Source: Bacillota bacterium
Lineage (GTDB): Bacteria > Bacillota > Desulfotomaculia > Desulfotomaculales > Desulfallaceae
DNA length: 57,930 nt
Direction: 5' to 3'
Assembly (NCBI GenBank): GCA_022360435.1
Contig: JAKSCU010000104.1
Coordinates: forward strand, 1 to 57,930
Part shown: in pieces, positions 17,633 through 26,262 of the stretch
Position numbering within the stretch: position 1 is the first letter of the stretch
How the letters are laid out: the number at the start of each line of letters is the position of its first letter
The notes under the pieces: model-generated
Databases searched by the model: none
The model's input: the letters and a program-made list of their open reading frames with translations, nothing else
What the model was told of the DNA's origin: nothing
Made by a program: the position numbers and the translations under genes

Positions 17633-18031
17633 ATGATGCTGACCAAGATTTATGCTTTATTCTTGGCTGCAGGGGTATTAGGTACAAGTATAGCGATGGT
17701 GGTAATGGGAGAAAAATGGCAGGCAGTTGAGAGATCCGCCTATTCTGGAGAGAAGAGGCCGCTTTGGCTTAGGCTGCTTGGTACGTTTCTTTTAGCATTT
17801 TATGCTGTTACCCTATACAGCTTTATTATAAGTCCGGATAAAAGCATTGCCGGTTGGATACTGTTGGTTTTCTTCCCAGTTGCCTGGGGAATAAAAGGAG
17901 CGTTGGTTATCTTTAATAAAGAGGGCAGAGAAAAAGTAATCTCCATAGAAGGCGCTGATAACTGGAGGAAGATAGCCTTGGCGAGGCTGCCAGTTGTGAT
18001 CATCCTGGTGGTTTTGGCGGTATTTGTTTAA
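17633..18031 (+). CDS. Small integral membrane protein (132 aa, 4 TM) downstream of TetR
   Basis: SD AAAGGAGG upstream, four hydrophobic helices, same strand as the TetR gene. Confidence 0.6.
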   Translation: MMLTKIYALFLAAGVLGTSIAMVVMGEKWQAVERSAYSGEKRPLWLRLLGTFLLAFYAVTLYSFIISPDKSIAGWILLVFFPVAWGIKGALVIFNKEGREKVISIEGADNWRKIALARLPVVIILVVLAVFV

Positions 18032-18338
18032 AAATTTTAGACTCCCCTTGTCAAATGTTTATTTTTAAGCTCTTTTTTATTCCTAGTTACAGGGATATTG
18101 GAAGGGCTTGTTTTATCCCCAATCGTCCGGAAGCCGCCCTCCGGATCGCGAGTCGAGAAGACATATCCCTCAAGAGGTCTGTTAGTCATAAATGTTTTGG
18201 TATGAATAAATTCACAAGACGACAAAATGCTGATTGAGATATTCGTCCGTCCAGCCGCGGCTTTCGGTAAGCTCACTGACATATCCTTGTCCCAGCACAG
18301 GTGTAAACTGTAAATCACCAATATGAATTATCCGGGAG

Positions 18339-18623
18339 GTGAGGGTATTGCAAGACTACGGAAACGTGGTGGCAAAAGCCAGAAAGAGCAGGAATTGGAG
18401 CCAGCGCAAGCTGTCCCAGGCCACCGGTCTGTCCCGGTCGTTTATTAACGATATCGAACACGGGCGCAGCACCGGCACCATAGGCACCTGGGTGGCGCTG
18501 GCCCGGGTCCTGGAACTGTCTCTGGACGCGGTTTTTCTGGCGGAAAAGGCTGCTCCGCACAAGACACGGACCAGGGAACGGGTGAAAAAAACCGGCGCGA
18601 CATCAAAAAACAAGCATCGGTGA
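18339..18623 (+). CDS. XRE-family HTH transcriptional regulator
   Basis: ARKSRNWSQRKLSQATGLSRSFINDIEHGR is a Cro/C1-type HTH. The likely start is TTG 18348 (SD GGGAGG 8 nt upstream). Confidence 0.8.
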   Translation: MRVLQDYGNVVAKARKSRNWSQRKLSQATGLSRSFINDIEHGRSTGTIGTWVALARVLELSLDAVFLAEKAAPHKTRTRERVKKTGATSKNKHR

Positions 18624-18717
18624 CAGTATGGGGACCCGGCGAGCGGCTTTTGACAGGTGGTTAGCGTACGCACTGGCAAAAAAGGACGTATTTTACGTAT
18701 TTTGGGTAAAACAACCA

Positions 18718-18746
18718 TTGACCAAACATATGTTTGATTATAAAAT
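18718..18746 (+). promoter_or_regulatory. SigmaA-type promoter with an embedded 14-bp palindrome
   Basis: TTGACC-N17-TAAAAT. The spacer contains the perfect palindrome CAAACATATGTTTG (18723-18736). It lies about 110 nt upstream of the DUF1659 gene. Confidence 0.45.
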
Positions 18747-18855
18747 GAAGATGACCGGAATAAAAACCCTCGCCGAAACCGGCGCCGCGCCGAGCGCCCG
18801 GTCCTCAGCCGCGCCGGGATAAGGGTCACGGGGGTGATGAAAGGAGGGGAAAGGA

Positions 18856-19083
18856 ATGCCAGTGGAAAGCATTGCCACCGGCTCCACGCTGCGGATTAAA
18901 TTGCAAACCGGGGTGGACCAAGAAGGAAAACCAATCTTCCGCAACAAGAGCATAAACAATGTGAAGCCTGATGCCACCGACCAGGAACTGTTCGACATGG
19001 CCCAGGTTTTGACCGGACTGCAACGATACACTGTCGCCGCCGTAATGCGGGTAGACACCGCCAAGCTGAGAGATATGGTTTAA
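18856..19083 (+). CDS. DUF1659 family protein (75 aa)
   Basis: STLRIKLQTGVDQEGKPIFRNKSINNVKPDATDQELFDMAQVLTGLQ matches my recollection of the DUF1659 consensus. SD AAAGGAGGGG upstream. Confidence 0.75.
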   Translation: MPVESIATGSTLRIKLQTGVDQEGKPIFRNKSINNVKPDATDQELFDMAQVLTGLQRYTVAAVMRVDTAKLRDMV

Positions 19084-19139
19084 CCGTTGCTTATAGCAGC
19101 CGGCGTGCTGCGGCAATTGATAGGGAAGGAGGCTTAAGA

Positions 19140-19370
19140 ATGGCTGAAACCAGTAAAACCTTGCGCATGATATTCAAAAATCAGGAGGGTTCCAACTACA
19201 CCATCAACCTTGATGCCCCCAGGGATAATATAACCGGTGCGGAAATTGAAGCGGTTATGGACCAGGTTATCTCCGCCAATGTAATTGGCACGGTGGGCGG
19301 TGTGCTGGTTACCAAGCACGACGTCAAGATTATCGACCGGACTGTCAATGACCTGTATGACCCGGTTTGA
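19140..19370 (+). CDS. DUF2922 family protein (76 aa)
   Basis: KTLRMIFKNQEGSNYTINLDAPRDNITGAEIEAVMDQVISANV resembles DUF2922 proteins, which usually follow DUF1659 genes. SD GGAAGGAGG upstream. Confidence 0.75.
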   Translation: MAETSKTLRMIFKNQEGSNYTINLDAPRDNITGAEIEAVMDQVISANVIGTVGGVLVTKHDVKIIDRTVNDLYDPV

Positions 19371-19471
19371 TGAAACTGCTACGGGAATGGTTTTAGGCGG
19401 CGGGGGAGGCTGTAAAAATGCCTCCCCACCGGCCAAATGTATAAATTTACTGGAGGAGGCGGAAAAGAATT

Positions 19472-19624
19472 ATGGAAGATATATTGTCCATGGTGGCCAA
19501 CGTGGGCTTTCCCATTGCCGTGGCGGCCTATCTGCTGGTGCGCATCGAAAGCCGGTTGGATGGTCTTTCCGCCAGTATCGGTGAACTGGCCCGGGCGGTG
19601 ACCGACATGCGGGAGGTGATATGA
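19472..19624 (+). CDS. yvrJ: YvrJ family small membrane protein (50 aa; not in the ORF track)
   Basis: Hand translation: MEDILSMVANVGFPIAVAAYLLVRIESRLDGLSASIGELARAVTDMREVI. SD GGAGGAGG upstream. Typical YvrJ N-terminal helix motif (GFPI...YLLVRIE). Confidence 0.7.
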   Translation: MEDILSMVANVGFPIAVAAYLLVRIESRLDGLSASIGELARAVTDMREVI

Positions 19625-20052
19625 TGGGGCGGGGTCAAATTATGACTCGTTACAACGGCGCTATCGTCCGTTCCCGCCGGTTCGTGAACATTGTCGCCCC
19701 GCACCGCAAACCCGGCGTTGCCGGTAAGAGGATGCCGGTCTATGGTATTCCGGTTGCCGGACCGGTGGCGGACTACGGGAATACGGTTGGAGAAAAGAAG
19801 CAAAAACAGAGGGGATTGGCGGAAGAACGCGCGCCGTACCGGGAGGAAAACCGGGCGCCGGCGTTTTGTTTACCGGGCCAAACATTTGTCCCGCACCGTT
19901 GGAATGCCGGTTCGGTCCCGCTTGAGCATATCGGCCCAATTCTGTGGCGGGTGCTGGCCGGGGCTTCACGCAGGCGCCGGATGGTTGAGCACCGGGCCCG
20001 GCGCCTGCGGAGACCGGATTTTGCCCAAGCGACGGCGCTCTCGCCGGATTAG
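19621..20052 (+). CDS. Possible Arg-rich hypothetical protein (143 aa), doubtful
   Basis: The ATG overlaps the yvrJ stop (ATGA) and third-position GC is high. However, the sequence is low-complexity and two other frames are also open. Confidence 0.25.
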   Translation: MMGRGQIMTRYNGAIVRSRRFVNIVAPHRKPGVAGKRMPVYGIPVAGPVADYGNTVGEKKQKQRGLAEERAPYREENRAPAFCLPGQTFVPHRWNAGSVPLEHIGPILWRVLAGASRRRRMVEHRARRLRRPDFAQATALSPD

Positions 20053-20249
20053 AACTGCCAATATTGCTTTTGCCTAGGGCAAAAAGCTCAAAAAAGCTTC
20101 TTCATGTATGGTAGTAAAAAAACGATCATCCGAAAATGGAATTGGTAGGCTATGGCTAATAAATTCAGGATTAATAGATAGGTTAAGCCCCGATGCATCT
20201 ACAATATAATGTAGGTCACTGTTTATCTATGAAGAAAGTTGAGTTGTAA

Positions 20250-20297
20250 GCGTTAAATAAGCCCCACCTTGCAAACAGGGTGGGTTTTATTTAACGC
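20250..20297. terminator. Long near-perfect palindrome (bidirectional terminator-like)
   Basis: GCGTTAAATAAgCCCCACC-TTGCAAACA-GGGTGGGtTTTATTTAACGC, with A/T-rich flanks on both sides. Confidence 0.5.
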
Positions 20298-20700
20298 ACT
20301 TATAAATGTTCATACCATTTCAATTTCCATAGGGAATTATTTTGATTTTGACAGTTAATGCCGGTAATATTAACGGTTTGTTATAATACCCCCTGTTATC
20401 AAGACAGAGGAAAACTTACCACTTTACTCTTAGATTCAGCTGAATAATGGTTTCTCTTTTTCATGTTTCCAGTATAACTTATATTTTGAATTTTGTGTCT
20501 TAATCTATGGGAGCGTTATTACTTTGAAAGTGTCAAATAAAAAGACACGTTCCCAACAGTTCGCGCTATTAAAGATTCTGTACATGGTTATCCAAGATGT
20601 TCTTCATAAGTATACAGGCCATACTTCTTCCCCGATAAGGTAAACCCCACCTGCGTTAATCAGGTGGGGTAAGGGTACAATTACAAAAATATTGACATTA

Positions 20701-21414
20701 TCATGGTCCCCCAAGAAGTATATCCTTTTGATGATTGGGATTTTTGCTTCTTTCTATTTGTCTCTTTTTGATTATCTCTGCTTTTTTCTTTAAGCCTTCC
20801 AGAAAATCTTCCGAAGGAATGAGTTCCCTGGCTTTAAGCCCCATGTGCGCATCATCAAGATACGGTAGATAGACATATTCTTGACCATCCTTATTAACGA
20901 GTACACATGGCCTCATAAAACCAGGATACAAAATAACGGAATTTTCCGGTGCATACCCGTTTTGACGAGCCATATCCTCGATGACTAAACTTAAATTCCC
21001 ACCAATTTGTATTGCTTCCCATTTACCATCTTCTAGCCCTACTACAAAATCCGTTACCGCCTTTCCCTCAACCATAACCGGGAAAAAATGCAAGTCGCAG
21101 GGATAAGCCTGATCCTTTAGCTTTTTTTCACCTTGAATTCTGTTGTCGTCTCTAAGTATCTCCATCGTGTCCAAGGTTTCGCCAGTTTTTCTAAGTGATA
21201 CAGTAGTAATTGGTTTGCCCAAATAAGCTTTAGCAAAGTCTTCCTGACTGGAAAAACCAAAACTTTCATAAGCATCTCCGACACTTTTTAGGAAATGTGG
21301 TAGATTTTCTTGAGCACAAATTTTAGCCTGTTCTTCTGGAGATGCTGCATAGCTTCCGTTTATCAATAACATCATTGTCAGGACAAGGCTTATCATAATA
21401 ATCAACCTTTTCAA
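20701..21414 (-). CDS. Secreted protein of unknown function (237 aa)
   Basis: TTG start with GGGAG 8 nt upstream. Signal peptide LKRLIIMISLVLTMMLLINGSYAA. AT-rich codon usage. Hairpin CCCCACCTG/CAGGTGGGG (20645-20669) lies downstream. Confidence 0.6.
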   Translation of the reverse strand: MKRLIIMISLVLTMMLLINGSYAASPEEQAKICAQENLPHFLKSVGDAYESFGFSSQEDFAKAYLGKPITTVSLRKTGETLDTMEILRDDNRIQGEKKLKDQAYPCDLHFFPVMVEGKAVTDFVVGLEDGKWEAIQIGGNLSLVIEDMARQNGYAPENSVILYPGFMRPCVLVNKDGQEYVYLPYLDDAHMGLKARELIPSEDFLEGLKKKAEIIKKRQIERSKNPNHQKDILLGGP

Positions 21415-21490
21415 TGATATCACTCCCGTTTCTATATATAATATTATCGGCAATCAAATAAGCTATTTGCCCATTCCAGATGAAGATTAT

Positions 21491-21685
21491 TCAAATGTGG
21501 TTTTCTCCCGTCCAACAGGCGTCATAATCTAATATACGGTTAAGGCCTTCCGCCGGATCTATAAACAAGATGCCGCCACTATGATCATAATTGTTATCGT
21601 ATCCGCATATGAGCATTGCATGATCTGCAACCTCACCAGATACATTATAGATCATTGCATAAGTTATGGGAGAGTTGTTTCTGGC
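21491..21685 (-). pseudogene. C-terminal remnant of a papain-like (C39-like) cysteine peptidase
   Basis: ADHAMLICGYDNNYDHSGGILFIDPAEG resembles the His-containing C-terminal half of papain-fold peptidases. There is no N-terminal Cys-containing half, and the ORF only continues upstream by running into the hbd-like gene. Confidence 0.3.
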
Positions 21686-21686
21686 G

Positions 21687-22559
21687 CTATTTGGGGGGAT
21701 AATCATAAAAACCTTTACCGGTCTTTTGACCCCATTCCTTTTTGACATATTTCTCTACAATAATGGGCGACGGCTTGTGGGTGGGGTCGCCTGTTTCCCG
21801 GTAGCGCTCCATGCCGATGTAGTAAGATAGGTCTATTCCGGTCAAGTCCATTAGGCGGAAGGGACCCATGGGATGACCCAGGGCGTGAACCACGGCTTTG
21901 TCAATATCTTCGTATGAGGCAACGCCCATGTCGTATATATGCATGGCTTCGTGATTAATTGCAGCCAAAATCCGGTTGACCAAAAAGCCATAGATTTCTT
22001 TTTGCAACATTACCGGTATTTTCCCGATATCTTTGGCTAGGTCGAATATTTTTTGGGCCACTTCATCCGCAGTATGCGGTCCGTTTACAACTTCCACCAG
22101 CTTCATTACCAGAGCCGGGTTAAAGAAGTGCATGTTGCATACCTTTTCCGGGCGTTTGGTGGCGGGAGCTATTTTGGAGCTCACGATAAATGAACTGTTG
22201 GTGGCCAAAATGGTATGCTCCGGACAGATTTTATCCAACTGGTCAAACAGCTTTAGTTTGAGATCCAGTTTTTCCAGAACGGCTTCAATAACCACGTCTG
22301 CGTCAACGGCGGCTTCTTCGAGGTCTCTGGTGAAGAAAATGTTGGCCCGGGCCTGTTGGGCAGCTTCTTCCGCCATTTTGCCCTTGGCCACCCGCTGCGG
22401 CAGATAAGTGTTCACAAACTCGTCCGCTTTGGTCAGGATTTCCCGGCTGATATCGGTGCATTTAACCTTGTAACCTGCGATGGCGCAGCAGAGGGCGATT
22501 TGATGCCCCATGTTGCCCGCGCCAACCACGCAAATATTGTTGATACCCGCTATTGCCAT
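21687..22559 (-). CDS. hbd: 3-hydroxyacyl-CoA (3-hydroxybutyryl-CoA) dehydrogenase
   Basis: NAD-binding VVGAGNMGHQIA, 290 aa, and typical Hbd/FadB C-terminal domain blocks (GPFRLMDLTGID). Confidence 0.85.
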   Translation of the reverse strand: MAIAGINNICVVGAGNMGHQIALCCAIAGYKVKCTDISREILTKADEFVNTYLPQRVAKGKMAEEAAQQARANIFFTRDLEEAAVDADVVIEAVLEKLDLKLKLFDQLDKICPEHTILATNSSFIVSSKIAPATKRPEKVCNMHFFNPALVMKLVEVVNGPHTADEVAQKIFDLAKDIGKIPVMLQKEIYGFLVNRILAAINHEAMHIYDMGVASYEDIDKAVVHALGHPMGPFRLMDLTGIDLSYYIGMERYRETGDPTHKPSPIIVEKYVKKEWGQKTGKGFYDYPPK

Positions 22560-22831
22560 TTCTACACCTCACTTTAAAAATTTTTCTATATTATGGCAGC
22601 AAAATTTTCACCAGGGATTTATGCCTGCCATAGTGTAAAAGACGCCCGGACCAGGGACGTTTTTACCGTGAATTAGTTTTATTCTTCTATCCGTCATATA
22701 TACCTCAAAGATCATCACCGCTGTCATGGCGGGGGGCGGAGGGGCCGGATTCGGTCGGGTTATACACACTTTTCCTGCTTCTTAACATACAGTATCTATA
22801 GTGGTAGTTTGTATGTTGAAGGAGGATAATT

Positions 22832-23932
22832 ATGGCAACTCATTTAATCAGGACGGGGGACACCCCGACCCGAATTGCCCGGCGATATGGTGTCCCCGAA
22901 CGGTGGCTGTATCGCGCCAATACTTATTATGGAGACGACTATTTCAAAACGGGGCGGCGGATATATATCCCCGACTATGAATACGATTATTATGATTACC
23001 CCAGGCAGTGGGGGCGTTACCGTTACTATGACGGCATTCGTTATGAAATAATTACGGGCCGCAAGCATTTTCGTCCTCGCAAAAAGACACGGGTAATATT
23101 CAGCTACTGCAATCTTTCAGATACTCCCCGCAGGCTTCGCTATGATGACGCCCGTTTATACGATTTTGTCACCCTGCACCGGGGACGGGATGTTTGGCGC
23201 TGGTCCGACGGTTATAAATATGGCCGTGACAGGCATAGTATGCTGCTGCAGCCCGGTGAATGCCGCACTTACAATGCCGACTGGGATCTGCGTGATCGGT
23301 GGGGCTCCTATGTTAAACACGGGCCTTATATTTTACGGGCCCACGATTGGTCCAAGGAATTGCGCCCTTACTACGTGGATGCCGACGTGGAAGTGTTGGA
23401 CCCGGAGGTGTATCAAAAAGTTTATTTGTCCACGCACAACACCCATTGCCCAAAAACAAATATGTTGATTAATCCGGGGTTGGAGGACTGGCTCGACAGT
23501 GACACGCCGAGGGCGTGGTCGGCCCTGAATCTGCAACGGACCACCCGGGCTCATTCCGGCAGTTATGCGGCCCAGTTGGGCGTTAAACCCCTTAACCAGT
23601 CGGTGCTTTCCCAACTGGTGGGAGCTAAACCGGGCCGGACTTACCGGGTGGTGTTTTGGGCTATGGAACACGTCAATGGCGGCAACAACGGAACTTTCGA
23701 ACTGGAGGCCGCGGTGTATGTTTTTGATCAAGAGGGCCGCCAGATTGGGCGGGTGGACCCGGTCTATACGCCGGGGGAACTGCCCGACAATAATTACCGG
23801 GAGTTTTCCTTTAAAACCGGGACTCTGCCGGCGGATACACACAGTATGGAACTCCGGTTTGTTTTTCGGCCCCGGTCCGGTAATCGAAACAGGTTGTACA
23901 TTGACGATGTGGAATTAACCTGTGTTGGTTAA
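22832..23932 (+). CDS. LysM-domain protein with BsuPI-like and CBM-like C-terminal modules
   Basis: N-terminal LysM (HLIRTGDTPTRIARRYGVP...GRRIYIP), Tyr/Asp/Arg-rich linker, a middle beta module resembling the BsuPI inhibitor fold (tentative), and a C-terminal jelly-roll-like module ending YIDDVELT. Confidence 0.7.
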   Translation: MATHLIRTGDTPTRIARRYGVPERWLYRANTYYGDDYFKTGRRIYIPDYEYDYYDYPRQWGRYRYYDGIRYEIITGRKHFRPRKKTRVIFSYCNLSDTPRRLRYDDARLYDFVTLHRGRDVWRWSDGYKYGRDRHSMLLQPGECRTYNADWDLRDRWGSYVKHGPYILRAHDWSKELRPYYVDADVEVLDPEVYQKVYLSTHNTHCPKTNMLINPGLEDWLDSDTPRAWSALNLQRTTRAHSGSYAAQLGVKPLNQSVLSQLVGAKPGRTYRVVFWAMEHVNGGNNGTFELEAAVYVFDQEGRQIGRVDPVYTPGELPDNNYREFSFKTGTLPADTHSMELRFVFRPRSGNRNRLYIDDVELTCVG

Positions 23933-23958
23933 AACAAATATGCTTTATAGTTTGCATT

Positions 23959-25914
23959 TTAATCCCAGAATTCTTCGGGTATGAAGGCAATAACCAGCGG
24001 TGTATCCGAACCGCTGGGGGGTGTATATATGAATTCAGCCGTTTTTCCGGTTTCCAAAACGTCCCATACAGCGGCTTTTTGAAGCCCGGTGAAATAGCTT
24101 GTCTGCGGGATTTTGTAAACCATTCGGTCAGAACCCAGATAAGCCCCCTTGAATATGCTGCCCCGGGGATTTAACAGTACGCCTGTTTGTACAGGAGACG
24201 ACATCTTTATATGATAAACCACACCGTAATTGCCGACATTTTTTACCGTTTCCCCCGTAAGCGGGTCAACACCTTCGACCCAGGCATCAAATCCAGGCGT
24301 TTCCATGCCCAAGATAATTTTTTCCTTGCTCCCTTCATTCACCCGGATGTCAACCAGACAGTCCCCGTCGGGGAAAACACCCCTCACCTGCGGAGAGGTT
24401 CGTGGCAGCACAGGCAGGGATAACAGGTACTCTATTTTTTCCTGCTGAATTTCCTCCGGAGTCTTTTCCGGAACGGGCTCGCCGTCGGCATTGATTTCCC
24501 CAACCGGCTCTATGTTTGGTAAGTCCTCGGGGAATATTACCGTTGGCGCCTCCTGGGTCGGGGACTCTTTCGGAACCTGAACGGGTATCTGTTTAGGTTC
24601 CGGCTCCTGTTCCGGCGCTTTTTCCGGACCCATCACAACGCTGATGGTTATAGTGCCGTCTGCCTCAAAATCCTGCATGCCCGTTACGGCTTCCTTGTTT
24701 TTCAAGAATCGCTGGCCTGGGTTTAGTATGACTTTTTTCCCGGGTTGAATGGTAATGATATTTGATGGTTGAGAAGGCAGATATCTCATTGCCGTCAACT
24801 GCCCCAGGTTCATGTAATCGCTTACCGGGCCGCCCGCCCCGGATTGCAGTGTTTGCAGAGTAACGGGGTTGAAGCCGTTGTTACCCGCTATGATGTACAG
24901 GCGCTGTTTTTCGCTGGCTCCGTTGAGATGGTGGTACATAAGCCTGAATTTGCCGGATGCCTCGTTTTGGTAAAGAATGCCCGGCCGTGCCACCACCTCC
25001 GGGCTGTTGCTCAGGTGGAGGACAGGCCCGGATCGTTTAAAGGAAATATTTTCATTTGATTCATATAAATTAAAATTAACATTATCATCATTTTCAAACA
25101 TCTCACCGTATACTGGGTTGGAAAACTTAAAGGCCATTTCAGTCATGAGCTTTTCTTCAGACACAGTAAAACTGGTCGAGGCGGTTTCGCTCCAGTTGCC
25201 TGCGTTGTCCTTTATTTTAAGGTATAAAATGTATTTGCCGGGCCGGAAAAAGGCCCGGGGTTTGCCCGTTATAGCCCGGGCGTCGCCTGCGCGTTGATAA
25301 CTCCACTCCTCGGCAATAATGCCTTCTTCCTCTTCATTGACATATGTGTAATTGTAGCCGGGCGCCGCTCCCATTTTGATCACGTTGCTCTGCAGTCCCA
25401 GTGATGTTATCACCGGGGGCAGGTTGACGGGCTCAGGCATGGCTTGTGTGATGGTAATGGTCTTCTCCGTGGGGTCGAACTCAACAAGCATGTCAAGGTT
25501 TTCCGCCAGAAAACGCAGCGGCACAAGGGTGCGCCCGTCTTTTATAAAGGGAGGGCTGTCTATTTCTATTACCCGGTCGTTTACTGAAGCCTGCCCGGTC
25601 TCCAAAGACAGCTTAATGTTAACTTCATGCTTTACCAATGCTATTGTTTTAGTGGTGGAATCCCAGCTTATCTCGGCGTCAAGGATTTCCTCCGCCACGA
25701 AACGGATCGGGAGGAATGTCGTGCCTTCTACCAGCACAGGCGGAATTTCAATTAGGGAAGGGACATCGTTCAACAAGACGTCCTTACTGTCCAGGGTTAA
25801 TACCACCTTTGGGGCATTTTCCAGGGCGTGCGCAGCCATACCTGCCGGCTGTTGAAGAGGGGCTCCCAGTAAAATTATAAAAGTTAGAACGGTGCAAAGT
25901 ATCCTGAAGCTCAA
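23959..25914 (-). CDS. Secreted protein with copper-amine-oxidase N-terminal-like (stalk) repeats
   Basis: Signal peptide ending AHA. Two repeats of the FLPIRFVAE...W / LVPLRFLAENL...F motif typical of the Cu_amine_oxidN1 domain. A Pro/Glu-rich linker is present. TTG 25914 is preferred (GGAGG 8 nt upstream). Confidence 0.75.
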   Translation of the reverse strand: MSFRILCTVLTFIILLGAPLQQPAGMAAHALENAPKVVLTLDSKDVLLNDVPSLIEIPPVLVEGTTFLPIRFVAEEILDAEISWDSTTKTIALVKHEVNIKLSLETGQASVNDRVIEIDSPPFIKDGRTLVPLRFLAENLDMLVEFDPTEKTITITQAMPEPVNLPPVITSLGLQSNVIKMGAAPGYNYTYVNEEEEGIIAEEWSYQRAGDARAITGKPRAFFRPGKYILYLKIKDNAGNWSETASTSFTVSEEKLMTEMAFKFSNPVYGEMFENDDNVNFNLYESNENISFKRSGPVLHLSNSPEVVARPGILYQNEASGKFRLMYHHLNGASEKQRLYIIAGNNGFNPVTLQTLQSGAGGPVSDYMNLGQLTAMRYLPSQPSNIITIQPGKKVILNPGQRFLKNKEAVTGMQDFEADGTITISVVMGPEKAPEQEPEPKQIPVQVPKESPTQEAPTVIFPEDLPNIEPVGEINADGEPVPEKTPEEIQQEKIEYLLSLPVLPRTSPQVRGVFPDGDCLVDIRVNEGSKEKIILGMETPGFDAWVEGVDPLTGETVKNVGNYGVVYHIKMSSPVQTGVLLNPRGSIFKGAYLGSDRMVYKIPQTSYFTGLQKAAVWDVLETGKTAEFIYTPPSGSDTPLVIAFIPEEFWD

Positions 25915-26002
25915 TATTAGTACCTCCACTAATCAAATTATTACTATAATCTCTCTAAAGTATTTAAGAAATTAGACGTATTTTTGCATAAAAAAGTTTC
26001 AT

Positions 26003-26105
26003 TTTTTATACTCTAGAAAATTATACCATGTAATATATATGGCAAGGACAAAGGAAAAAAGTATTAAAAAGCGCGCTTAGAGGGAGCCGAATGAGTGCGC
26101 TTTTT
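26003..26105 (+). repeat. Structured intergenic repeat, copy F (subfamily 2)
   Basis: TTTTTTATACTCT...CCATGTAATATATATGGCAAGG...AAAAGTATTAAAAAGCGCGC-TTAGAGGGAGCCGAATGA-GTGCGC-TTTTT. Confidence 0.8.
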
Positions 26106-26262
26106 AATTAAAAATTAGTTAATATTTCTAATATTACATCTAACCTCCAGAGTCAAACTTACAATATGGTGCTTGCATGTTTTTAAAAAATATGTTACAA
26201 GAAAATTGTCAGAATAGAGTATCTAAAATACCAGTTGTGGATATTAATGGGAGATATAAAAA

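Noticed and set aside
18037-18321. 94-aa minus-strand ORF between the membrane protein gene and the XRE gene
   Set aside because: There is no SD, the composition is odd, the sequence is motif-free, and an equally long ORF lies on the opposite strand (18055-18237). It is probably a non-coding promoter region.
21491-21748. 85-aa ORF as an intact gene
   Set aside because: Its first ~21 codons overlap the 3' end of the hbd-like gene on the same strand in another frame. Only the C-terminal part looks peptidase-like, so it is treated as a remnant.
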